The translations under genes and the position numbers were made by a program. Shown here piece by piece: positions 26,637 to 36,648 of a DNA stretch of 64,000 nucleotides (the first letter of the stretch is position 1; each line of letters opens with the position of its first letter). The notes under the pieces are model-generated. The model did no database searches. It had not been told where the DNA came from and saw nothing but the letters and a program-made list of their open reading frames with translations. Source of the stretch: a bacterium (GTDB lineage Bacteria; Bacteroidota; Ignavibacteria; Kapaibacteriales; Kapaibacteriaceae). Location: NCBI GenBank assembly GCA_036840065.1, contig DAITZZ010000005.1:4104-68103 (forward strand), written 5' to 3'.

Positions 26637-29600
26637 CCGTACCGCGTGAGACGGATCTGACGACGACAAGGTAGGTGCCGCTGGGGAGCGTCGAAATATC
26701 GAGCGTAAGCTGCGCCTGCCCCTTTGCAACCGGGACATTGGCCACAGAGAGCAAGACTCTTCCGAGAGCATCGGTGACGTCAACGTACGCAGCATCCTCC
26801 TGCTCTGCATCGGTCATAATCTGCAATACTGAGCCCGTTACCGGCAGCGGTGGCGCAAGGCGGAATCGCGTCTTCGATTTGAAGGTGATGAGGTTGCGCG
26901 GACCGCAGGCATCAACGACAACGTATCCGTCGTTCTTCACCGCCTCAGTTGGCTCCTGACTCCACACCTGGATGTCCGTGATGGTAAGGGGCGTACTGTC
27001 CGGCACAGCTGAGCGGCAAAGCGCTCTGATCAGGCCAAGGGTACCCGGCGTGCCGAACCTCGGACCACTGCGCGCTGCGTGAAATCGAATCACTCCCGGA
27101 ACAATCTCAGCCCTGAGCAGCGCATCGGGAGCCTGTCCGCTTCGGACTGAGTCGACCACCAGATTGACATCCTGATAGCGAACCGTCCAGGCGATACTGT
27201 CGATCAATGCATCACGCACGTCCGCATCAAGGTGCACCGGAATGTCCAGGCGGGTATCGGGCGCTACCACGTACTCATCAACGCGCAGCGGCACACGATA
27301 CGTGATTGGTACGCGGGGCTCTTGCCCCACGCCAGTGACGATCGACGTTGCGGTATCCGCACACGCCCCCTGCGACTCGATGATCAGCCTCGCATCGACC
27401 CGGCCAGCAGCCACAGGCAGGAACTCCACATCGGCAAAGATCTTCTCGTAAGGGGCAAGACGCCTGCCGTCTAGCGCACTGCGCAACGTCCAAGGTCCGG
27501 CAGTCGGCTGCAATCGAGCACTTGTGATCGTGATCGTGTCGGCACCGGGATTGTCGATCGTTACCGAGCCGACTGCACGCGAGCCAATGAGGATCTGGCC
27601 CACGTCCAGCGGATCCGGCAGTAGACGTAGCGAAGTGGAATTGCTGATCATGAACTGCACAAACGTGGAATCGGCATCGCTACACACATTCTCCGAAACG
27701 ACGATGGTACCCATGACCATGGTCCCCGACGGATAGTCCGACGGACGCAGCCGCACCTGCACGGAGTCCACCGCCGACGGCGCCAGCGTCAGCTGTGAAG
27801 GCACAACAACGGCCGTGGTGAGTGACGATGACGCCGTCACCCGCACCTGCGAGGTGAGCGTACCAGCGTTCGCAACGCGAACCCAGAACGACTCTTCATC
27901 ATCGCATGCGGCAAGAGCTCCAAGATCGACGATGGAAGGGGCTGACTCGATGTCGGCCGTGAGGTACTCACCACGCAGAACGATCGTTGGATTCGCTCCC
28001 TCGACGTCCGTATCGATGTCGATGGAATCGCTAAAGACTCCCGGCGAGGCAGGGTCGAACAGCACCGTGATGGCTCGCTGCTCTCCGGGGTTGACCACAA
28101 ATGGGAACGACGGACCGGTGATGTAGAACGGTGAGGTAGCTCCGCGTCTGCGAGCGCTGACAACCGTCACAGGCACTGTGCCACGTGCTTCAACCGTGAT
28201 CGACCGCTCCTGCTTGGCATTAGTGCACCGGTATTGCCAGGTGACCGGATTGGGAGTTATGCGAACGTCGTTGCTGTAAACACTAAAGCGGATCTCTGAA
28301 GAAGCCGATGTTGTGCAGGAGGTTGTGCCGACAACTTCGATGATGCCGATGTAATCCGCAGCGCTTGCCGAGGAATATGTAAAGTCGACCACGATACTGT
28401 CGGTCCGTCTCAGCATCATCGGCAGGGGCGGCAGCATGAACTTCAGCTGTGCCGGAAGAGGGGTAATGCGGATCTCTCGAACAGAGATGCTGTCTCCCCG
28501 CGTAAGCCTGATCACCGCACGACCACTGAGTACTTCATTGGGCGCGCCTGAGTCGGCAATCACAGCTGGAGTTATCTGAATCTCAGGTAGCTCCACGACG
28601 CCCGTGATCACCACCGAAATGAGCGTATCACAGGGTGAGAGACGAATCACGACGGTATCGGTGAAACGACCTTCCTCGGTAGCATTAACCGTGACGGAGA
28701 TTTGACGCACCTGTCCGGGAGAGATCGAAACCGAACCCGCCGGCTGGAGGGTTATCGATGATGAGCTCTTCGTTGCCGAGAACGTACCCTGAAGAAGACC
28801 GGCATTGGTGATGTTGATGTTTCGCGAGACGATCGAGCCGCCGCAAAGCGACCCAACATCGATCACTCGCTTGTCGACGATCAGACTCGGCCTGTCGGAA
28901 TTGCCTTGAAGGTTGACCATCCAGGGCGTCTTCACTCCGCGCTTGCGCGTCAGATCATTGCTCACGATCTCCAGCGTGGTAAAGTCGCGCCCCTTCTCAG
29001 GTACATACGCAATCAGCAGTGTATCGACCTCTCCGACGGCGAACTTCCACGGAATCCCACCGCGGCCGCTTCTGAACCCAATGATGCTGAAGGCAGTCGA
29101 CGTGGCCGTGCTGATGCGCAGCGATGAGATCTCGAGCACCGCATTGCCCGTGTTAGAGATCGGCACCCGCAGCGTGTCAGTACGCTTACAGCCAACATTT
29201 ACAAAGGCACCTGTTGGTGCAGTGATGATTGGCGACACACCATAGATGCGCACCTTGATAAGCGTATCGCGCAGACAGGGACCAAGTCGAACGCGGAACA
29301 CGGTCTCAGTCCATCCGGTATCGCGTGGGATCGCATTGACGTAGGTCAGCGTCATGTCCGTCCTGACCAGCTCCGGATAGCGGGCAGCTGTGAGTGAAAC
29401 ACTCGAATCGCCACGGACATACGTGATCGACAGGATCGACTCAAACAACGACGATGATGACGAACGCCACGCGAGAGTTTTGGCAAGGGGCTGTCCAACC
29501 GGTGCAGTGTAGGTGACGAGCGTGTCGATTGGATTCGCCGACGGCGAAAACGGCCGGCCTTCCAGCATAACATAGAGCGTCGTGTCAGGCTGCTGAAACG

Positions 29601-30846
29601 TAACCGCCAGCGTTGCCGAATGTACCACGCGCGTGGTAGGCCTGTACGTTACGATGATGTTCTGCGCGGCGCACGAACCGATGGTGGTGCTTAACGGTGC
29701 ATTGGCAATTGCAAACATGCCGGCGTCGGCACCGATGATCGTTGCCGACCAGGGCGAGCTGAACCAGTTGATGTTCTGAACACGTACGGTGTCTCTTCCC
29801 GTTGAATCAGGACATACGAATGCGAACTTGACAACCGTATCGCTCTGTGTCCGCATTGCCGGCGCGGTGCGGAAGATCCCTTCACCGACGACCCATCCGT
29901 TATTGTCATCGATGAAGAAGACGTCATCCATGTCTGCATTGTTCAGCCCGCAGGCTCGCTGTGTCCAGGTCTGTCCGGCATTCGATGTGTAATAGACGCC
30001 CTCAGACTCGCCGGCGGCCCATCCGCGCTGCGCATCGTGCAGAAATGTCCCGTACATCTGCCTGCCTGAGCTGAAATTGCGCCACGTCGTGCCGCGATCC
30101 GTGCTGAATCTCATGCCGGGGTTGGCCGGAGCTGCACTCCCGCATCGCTCCTGAGCGTTAGGTATCAGTACGGACTGTCCGACCATCGCCAGCTCTTCAT
30201 GCCAGGGAGCGTTAGTACCGGTGCTGGCAAAGGACTGCCACGTCGCACCGTCATCGCTCGATCTCCACAGAGTGCCACTACCAATGGCAAATACTTCTCC
30301 CGGCGCCATGTCGGCTGCCCAGTACGGGTCGGACAGGACCGATGTCTTTACTGACGTGTCGGTAACACTCGTGAATGTCGTCCCGCCGTCCGTTGTTTTC
30401 AGGAACGTGCACGACCCGCAGCCCCCTCCCGTAAACCAGCCATCGTTGGCCGTGCGGAACCAGCCGCCCCATACCGTCGGAGAACCAGCGGGCTTGATCG
30501 ATGTCCACGTCACGCCGCCATTGGTGGACTTGAACATGCCACACGGACCGGACGTGTAGCCGATGCTGTCATCGAGGAATTGAATGTACTCGAGATGGCA
30601 GTTCGATCCGCCGGAAACACTCGACCCTTGCCATGTGGTGCCGCCATCGGTTGTTCGTACCACGTAGCCCTTGAACTGATCGCAGGCCCAGCCAAGATTC
30701 GGCTTCGAGGGCAGGAAGAAGATGTCGAGATAATACCCCTGATCGTACGGCGAAGGCAGAGCAACTTTCGCCCATCGCTGTGCGGTCTGCGCCCCGAGGG
30801 AGCAGACGCTAAAGAGCGCAATCAAGATGGAGGACAGGATTCGCAT
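26608..30846 (-). CDS. Giant secreted protein: BNR/Asp-box (Ycf48-like) beta-propeller, multiple choice-of-anchor-D/ASH-type Ig domains, a cohesin-like module and a T9SS C-terminal sorting domain
   Basis: Signal peptide MRILSSILIALFSVCSLGAQ. Six Asp-boxes are present: TTDGGTTWQ, STNGGVTWT, TTDGGTTFT, SSDDGATWQ, STDRGTTWR, TSNAGQTWT. Repeated roughly 100-aa units show the pattern of a short hydrophobic strand, N-x-G, then F-x-P. The C-terminus is LPSGTYLVVVRSVSRGTVTAYVPIVR. Confidence 0.85.
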   Translation of the reverse strand: MRILSSILIALFSVCSLGAQTAQRWAKVALPSPYDQGYYLDIFFLPSKPNLGWACDQFKGYVVRTTDGGTTWQGSSVSGGSNCHLEYIQFLDDSIGYTSGPCGMFKSTNGGVTWTSIKPAGSPTVWGGWFRTANDGWFTGGGCGSCTFLKTTDGGTTFTSVTDTSVKTSVLSDPYWAADMAPGEVFAIGSGTLWRSSDDGATWQSFASTGTNAPWHEELAMVGQSVLIPNAQERCGSAAPANPGMRFSTDRGTTWRNFSSGRQMYGTFLHDAQRGWAAGESEGVYYTSNAGQTWTQRACGLNNADMDDVFFIDDNNGWVVGEGIFRTAPAMRTQSDTVVKFAFVCPDSTGRDTVRVQNINWFSSPWSATIIGADAGMFAIANAPLSTTIGSCAAQNIIVTYRPTTRVVHSATLAVTFQQPDTTLYVMLEGRPFSPSANPIDTLVTYTAPVGQPLAKTLAWRSSSSSLFESILSITYVRGDSSVSLTAARYPELVRTDMTLTYVNAIPRDTGWTETVFRVRLGPCLRDTLIKVRIYGVSPIITAPTGAFVNVGCKRTDTLRVPISNTGNAVLEISSLRISTATSTAFSIIGFRSGRGGIPWKFAVGEVDTLLIAYVPEKGRDFTTLEIVSNDLTRKRGVKTPWMVNLQGNSDRPSLIVDKRVIDVGSLCGGSIVSRNINITNAGLLQGTFSATKSSSSITLQPAGSVSISPGQVRQISVTVNATEEGRFTDTVVIRLSPCDTLISVVITGVVELPEIQITPAVIADSGAPNEVLSGRAVIRLTRGDSISVREIRITPLPAQLKFMLPPLPMMLRRTDSIVVDFTYSSASAADYIGIIEVVGTTSCTTSASSEIRFSVYSNDVRITPNPVTWQYRCTNAKQERSITVEARGTVPVTVVSARRRGATSPFYITGPSFPFVVNPGEQRAITVLFDPASPGVFSDSIDIDTDVEGANPTIVLRGEYLTADIESAPSIVDLGALAACDDEESFWVRVANAGTLTSQVRVTASSSLTTAVVVPSQLTLAPSAVDSVQVRLRPSDYPSGTMVMGTIVVSENVCSDADSTFVQFMISNSTSLRLLPDPLDVGQILIGSRAVGSVTIDNPGADTITITSARLQPTAGPWTLRSALDGRRLAPYEKIFADVEFLPVAAGRVDARLIIESQGACADTATSIVTGVGQEPRVPITYRVPLRVDEYVVAPDTRLDIPVHLDADVRDALIDSIAWTVRYQDVNLVVDSVRSGQAPDALLRAEIVPGVIRFHAARSGPRFGTPGTLGLIRALCRSAVPDSTPLTITDIQVWSQEPTEAVKNDGYVVVDACGPRNLITFKSKTRFRLAPPLPVTGSVLQIMTDAEQEDAAYVDVTDALGRVLLSVANVPVAKGQAQLTLDISTLPSGTYLVVVRSVSRGTVTAYVPIVR
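26611..26865 (-). other. T9SS C-terminal sorting domain
   Basis: VTGSVLQIMTDAEQEDAAYVDVTDALGRVLLSVANVPVAKGQAQLTLDISTLPSGTYLVVVRSVSRGTVTAYVPIVR. Confidence 0.65.
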
Positions 30847-30938
30847 TGTCAGGGTTGGGAAACATACCAAAACGCATGGTTCCGCCGACTAACAACAACG
30901 TCACGGCCGTAAGGTTCCGTCTCCGAATTTTATCGCGC

Positions 30939-32216
<1,278 letters not shown>

Positions 32217-32219
32217 CTA

Positions 32220-33200
32220 TCAGGCTTCGGTGTGAGCCACCGCGCCGACGTTCTTGTGCTTGACGCGCTCGGTGTACCAGATCAGGAAGGACGAAGCAAC
32301 GTAGATCGAGGAGTACGTGCCAACCACGATACCGGTAAACATCGTAAAGGCGAAACCTTCCAGAACATCACCACCAAGGAACACCATCACCAGAAGAGCA
32401 GCCAGCACCGAGATACCGGTGATGAGCGTACGGCTGAGAGTTTCGTTCAATGAGTGGTTGACAAGTTCGGCAAGGGGCATGCTGCGATGCTTTTCACGGT
32501 TCTCACGAATACGGTCAAACACCACCACCTTGTCGTTGATGGAATAGCCGAGGATCGTCAGGTACGCAGCAAGCGAGTTGATCGACAGCTCGAGGTTCAG
32601 GATACCGAGCTTGTTTACAAGTACGGAAATCACGAAGGCCATCGTAACGTCATGCGCAAGAGCAATAATGGCCGAGATGCCATAGACAAACTCGAAGCGG
32701 AAGGCGACGTACAGAAGGATGATAATCGTAGCGATGATCAGCGAGATCGCTGCGTCGGTGGCGAGTTCGGCCGAGACCTTCGCACCGACGTTATCGGCGC
32801 CGAGCAGAATAACAGCCTTTTCGCCATTCTTCGAGAACGCTGCATTGAGCTCGGTCACAAGATCAGCCGACACCTTGGATGCTTCGTCCTTCACGTCGTT
32901 GATACGGATGAGGAAGTCTCCATCCTTGCCGAACGACTTGATCTCAGCACTTGTGTAACCGGCTTTGCCCAGAGCACCACGAACCTGCTCGGCAGTCGTT
33001 GCCGTGTTGGCAAACGAGACGGTTGTCTGCGTACCACCGGTGAAGTCAATGCCCGGCTCGATCAGGCGAGGCAGGCCCAGCCCGGGGATCTCCGGACCCA
33101 GCACAAGCAGCATGCCGATGATGCTTGCCAGCAGTGACAGCCGCAGGAATGATCTGCGGTTGGTGACGAAGTCGATGTTGGTCTTTTTGATCAGATCCAT
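32220..33200 (-). CDS. secF: Protein translocase subunit SecF
   Basis: Six-TM SecF architecture, starting directly after the secD stop (adjacent codons). The conserved IDFTGG motif is present in IEPGIDFTGGTQ. Confidence 0.95.
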   Translation of the reverse strand: MDLIKKTNIDFVTNRRSFLRLSLLASIIGMLLVLGPEIPGLGLPRLIEPGIDFTGGTQTTVSFANTATTAEQVRGALGKAGYTSAEIKSFGKDGDFLIRINDVKDEASKVSADLVTELNAAFSKNGEKAVILLGADNVGAKVSAELATDAAISLIIATIIILLYVAFRFEFVYGISAIIALAHDVTMAFVISVLVNKLGILNLELSINSLAAYLTILGYSINDKVVVFDRIRENREKHRSMPLAELVNHSLNETLSRTLITGISVLAALLVMVFLGGDVLEGFAFTMFTGIVVGTYSSIYVASSFLIWYTERVKHKNVGAVAHTEA

Positions 33201-35261
33201 TTAGGCCGTCCTCTTCTGTCCAATGTTCAGGGTCGTAGCGCCGCTGGCGATCAGCAGCTGGAAGATGGCGCGTGTCACCACAACAGCTGTGAACAGCGTG
33301 ATGATAGCACCAATGAGAAGCGTGATGGCAAATCCCTTGATCGGACCGGAGCCCCAGATGATCAGCGGAATAGCGCCGGCGATGTTCGTCAGGTTCGAGT
33401 CAAGAATAGCGCTCCAAGCACGGCTAAAGCCCTGTTCCACGGCAGACTTCAACGTCTTGCCGGCATAGAGCTCCTCGCGCATGCGCTCGAAGATCAGGAT
33501 GTTGGCATCCACCGCCATGGCCGTCGAAAGGATCAGACCGGCAATGCCTGGAAGTGTGAGCGTGCCGCCAAAGGCCGCCAGACCGGCAACCGTCAGAAGA
33601 ATGTTCATCAAAAGCGCAACGTCGGCAACGGCACCGCCAACGGCGTAATACGCCATCATGAAAAGAATGATCAGCGCAAAGGAAATACCCGTACTGGTAA
33701 GTCCGCGGCGGATCGAGTCTTCACCGAGGGATGGACCAACCACGCGCTCTTCGATGATCTGCACCGGAGCCTTCAGAGCGCCGGCCTTGAGAACAACGGC
33801 AAGACGCATGGCATCTTCCGTGCGGAACGATCCGGAGATCTGCGACGAACCGTTCGGGATCTTTCCCTGAACCGTCGGGGCCGACCATACGCGGTCGTCC
33901 ATCACAACGGCAATACGATTGCCGATGTTTGCGCCTGTGATGCGAGCCCACTGGTCGGATCCTTCGGCGTTCATGTTCATCATCACCACGGGCTGATTGG
34001 AATTATCGAAGCTCGGATAGGCGTCCTCGATAACGTCACCCATGAGGTCAGCTTCGCGAGCCACACCGTAGACGTCGTAGTAGTCAGGCTGAACGCCCGG
34101 CTTGGTGGCATTTCCATTGGCCGATACGAGAATGTCGAGCTCGGCAGGAATTGCGGCGCGCACTTGCGGAATAGCAAGGATCTTCAGGAACTCCTGCAGC
34201 TTCTGGGCAGGAATGCGGAACATGTAGATACCCTTTTCAGGAAGCTGCTCCGGCGTGACTCCGTTGATCTTCAGGCCTACGAGGTCGAATTGCTGCGGTT
34301 GCGACTGCTCGTTGGCAGCAACACTTCCGAACACCATGTAGCTCAACGGGAAGTCGGCGATGATGCGGCGACCCTTTTCGTCTTCACTCAGCCCCTTGTA
34401 GGGGTCATTTGCCTTGCCTGTGTCGGCGGCAGTCTTTGCCGTATCGGCCTTCTTTGCCGTATCTGCCGCAGCGACGTCCTTCGCCGTGGTATCGGCTGCC
34501 TTGGCTGTATCAACGACAACAGGAGCAGCACCAGACTTGTAGGCCTTATAGGCGGCGTCAACGGCGTAGAAGGCCTTGACCATTCGCCGGTCCATCAGCA
34601 CGCGCTTGAACTCAAGACGGGCAGTCTGCTGCAGAAGCTCGCGCATCTGTACCGTGTCCTTTTCGTCAGGAAGCTCAATGACGAGCCGACGTGACCCTTG
34701 CTTCTGGATGCTCACTTCCGACACGCCGTACTTGTTAATACGCTGAGAAAGGACTTCCATGGCCTGGTCGACCGATCCGGTGGCATCGCGGCGGAGCTTC
34801 TCCTCGACGGCCTGTTCGGTAAGCTCGGCTGCCGGGAAATAGTTGACCAGCTGCTTGCCGCGCGCACGGAACTTCTCGAGGAACACCGTCAGGACGTCCA
34901 CATCCGAGTTGGCCGTTGCCTTGCGCGTCTCCTCAATGATGGAGCGGAAGTCATCATCGATGGCCTCGGCGTCAGCCGAAGACTCGATCAGCTTCAGCAC
35001 GTCCACCTCAAGCGTCAGGTAGGCACCGCCTCGAAGGTCAAGACCCAGCTTCATGCGACCGGCGCGGGCGCTTTCGAAGGCCTCCTTGTTATCGACGTCC
35101 CAGCGCGCAAGGGCTTCACGGCCGGCACGGGATGTGTCGGCGGCCAGTTCAGCACGCTCCGACGAGAGCAGGGAGTAGTTGATCGTCGGCCACAGCAGCA
35201 ACCCTGCAGCGGCGAGCGGCAACACGATGAGCAACCATTTGCCCCAATTATTTGAACTCAA
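33201..35261 (-). CDS. secD: Protein translocase subunit SecD (with a low-complexity insertion in the periplasmic domain)
   Basis: LGLDLRGGAYLTLEV and the C-terminal 5-TM block with DANILIFERMREE. TTG start at 35261 with GGAGG 4 nt upstream (35266..35270). Confidence 0.95.
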   Translation of the reverse strand: MSSNNWGKWLLIVLPLAAAGLLLWPTINYSLLSSERAELAADTSRAGREALARWDVDNKEAFESARAGRMKLGLDLRGGAYLTLEVDVLKLIESSADAEAIDDDFRSIIEETRKATANSDVDVLTVFLEKFRARGKQLVNYFPAAELTEQAVEEKLRRDATGSVDQAMEVLSQRINKYGVSEVSIQKQGSRRLVIELPDEKDTVQMRELLQQTARLEFKRVLMDRRMVKAFYAVDAAYKAYKSGAAPVVVDTAKAADTTAKDVAAADTAKKADTAKTAADTGKANDPYKGLSEDEKGRRIIADFPLSYMVFGSVAANEQSQPQQFDLVGLKINGVTPEQLPEKGIYMFRIPAQKLQEFLKILAIPQVRAAIPAELDILVSANGNATKPGVQPDYYDVYGVAREADLMGDVIEDAYPSFDNSNQPVVMMNMNAEGSDQWARITGANIGNRIAVVMDDRVWSAPTVQGKIPNGSSQISGSFRTEDAMRLAVVLKAGALKAPVQIIEERVVGPSLGEDSIRRGLTSTGISFALIILFMMAYYAVGGAVADVALLMNILLTVAGLAAFGGTLTLPGIAGLILSTAMAVDANILIFERMREELYAGKTLKSAVEQGFSRAWSAILDSNLTNIAGAIPLIIWGSGPIKGFAITLLIGAIITLFTAVVVTRAIFQLLIASGATTLNIGQKRTA
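34410..34511 (-). repeat. Coding short tandem repeat (DTAK-like units) inside SecD
   Basis: Translates DTAKAADTTAKDVAAADTAKKADTAKTAADTGKA. The DNA shows a repeated tttgccgtatc(g/t)gc unit. Confidence 0.8.
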
Positions 35262-35340
35262 GGGTCCTCCACGTCAAACTATCGGCAATGCCTTTCCACA
35301 CCGCTTGGGCGGTGGGAAGAACGGCGAATATACGTAATGG

Positions 35341-35348
35341 TAGATTTG
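35341..35348 (+). promoter_or_regulatory. TAnnTTTG (-7 type) box upstream of trmB
   Basis: Exact TAGATTTG, only 8 nt before the trmB ATG at 35357. This implies a leaderless or near-leaderless transcript if the box is functional. Confidence 0.35.
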
Positions 35349-35356
35349 TACCACGT

Positions 35357-36058
35357 ATGGATAGAAGACAGAACGAATCGCCCCAGATCGCCTGGGCCAA
35401 ATACCCCATCCCGCGGGTACGGCACCACGCCAACCCTCAGGTCTATATGCCGGCCAGCCAGCAGCAGTTCATCGCCTCCTGGTATCCTCCGGTTCGTGAG
35501 AAGGCTGAATGGGCCGCGTGGTTTGCCAATGGACGTCCGGCCGATGTCCTGGATCTCGGCTGCGGACGTGGTGCATTCCTGCTGCGGCACGCCGTCAGTC
35601 ATCCGCAGCTGAACATCCTCGGGATCGAGGTCCGCGCGGTGCTACCGGACTACATCAACGGTGTGGCAAGGGGCGAGGGGATACCCAACGCCCATGCCGA
35701 ATGGTACTCTCTGGCCAACGGACTGGACTGGATCCAGACGGAGTCGATCGAATATGCCGTGTATTTCTTTCCGGATCCGTGGCCAAAGAAGAGACATCAC
35801 AAGCGTCGGGCCTTCACGGTAGAGTTTCTGGCCATGCTCCACCGGGTGCTCAAACCGGGTGCGCGTCTCTGGCTTGCCACCGACCGAGAGGATGTGGACG
35901 TTCATCAGCGGGAGGTCATCGGCGCTTCGCCGCACTTCACGCTGGGTCCGAACGAGACCGACCAGTCGTGGCCATTCCCGTTCTGCACAGACCAGCAACT
36001 CTTATGTGACTCCCGCTCCATCCCGTATGTGCGCTATTCGGCCATCAGGAACCTCTGA
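35357..36058 (+). CDS. trmB: tRNA (guanine-N7)-methyltransferase
   Basis: SAM motif VLDLGCGRGAFLL and the hallmark FFPDPWPKKRHHKRR. The start at 35357 is needed to include the conserved RVRHHANP segment. Confidence 0.88.
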   Translation: MDRRQNESPQIAWAKYPIPRVRHHANPQVYMPASQQQFIASWYPPVREKAEWAAWFANGRPADVLDLGCGRGAFLLRHAVSHPQLNILGIEVRAVLPDYINGVARGEGIPNAHAEWYSLANGLDWIQTESIEYAVYFFPDPWPKKRHHKRRAFTVEFLAMLHRVLKPGARLWLATDREDVDVHQREVIGASPHFTLGPNETDQSWPFPFCTDQQLLCDSRSIPYVRYSAIRNL

Positions 36059-36072
36059 GACCGCCCTCCGCA

Positions 36073-36648
36073 GTGCTTGATCCGCAGATCATCCTCCTGG
36101 CGTATCAGCGCGGTTTCTTCCCCATGGGAGACGAGGCCGGTGGCGATGTGTACTGGCACCGTCCGCCCCTTCGCGGCATCATCCCCCTTGACGACGTGCG
36201 CCTACCCCGGTCGCTGCAGAAGCAGATCGGCAGGGGGCTCTTTCGGACCACACTAAATCACTGCTTTTCTACGGTTATATTACGCTGTTCTCAGCGCGAT
36301 CAGACGTGGATCACTCCCGAGATCATCGAGGCCTACCAGCAACTGCACGAAATGGGATATGCCCACAGCGTAGAAACGTGGTTTGAGGAGGAGCTTGTTG
36401 GGGGACTCTATGGGGTCGCGATCAATGCCGTGTTTTTTGGCGAGTCGATGTTCTCTCGCCGAACAAATGCCTCGAAGATCGCCTTCGCCGCGCTGGTAGA
36501 CCATCTTCGTCAACGCCATTTTGTCCTCTTGGACACGCAGTATATCAATGACTTCACGGCCTCACTGGGGGCGATCGAGATACCTGACGCCGATTACATC
36601 GATCGGCTCGACGAAGCACTCGCACGTCAGGATGTTTCGTTCGTTTAG
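36073..36648 (+). CDS. aat: Leucyl/phenylalanyl-tRNA--protein transferase
   Basis: AYQRGFFPM, WITPEIIEAY and GGLYGVAINAVFFGESMFS motifs; GTG start. Confidence 0.9.
   Translation: MLDPQIILLAYQRGFFPMGDEAGGDVYWHRPPLRGIIPLDDVRLPRSLQKQIGRGLFRTTLNHCFSTVILRCSQRDQTWITPEIIEAYQQLHEMGYAHSVETWFEEELVGGLYGVAINAVFFGESMFSRRTNASKIAFAALVDHLRQRHFVLLDTQYINDFTASLGAIEIPDADYIDRLDEALARQDVSFV

Noticed and set aside
30905-30925. The palindrome ACGGCCGT and a duplicated GGTTCCG downstream of purA, considered as a terminator.
   Set aside because: The GGTTCCG copies are direct, not inverted. The 8-nt palindrome is too short to form a stable hairpin, and no U-tract follows.
18608-30938. The 12-kb block of surface-protein genes as a horizontally acquired island or mobile element.
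   Set aside because: There is no integrase, transposase, tRNA target, flanking direct repeat or obvious compositional break. The flanking spacers (18608..18680 and 30871..30938) share no sequence. It looks like ordinary lineage-specific envelope content.
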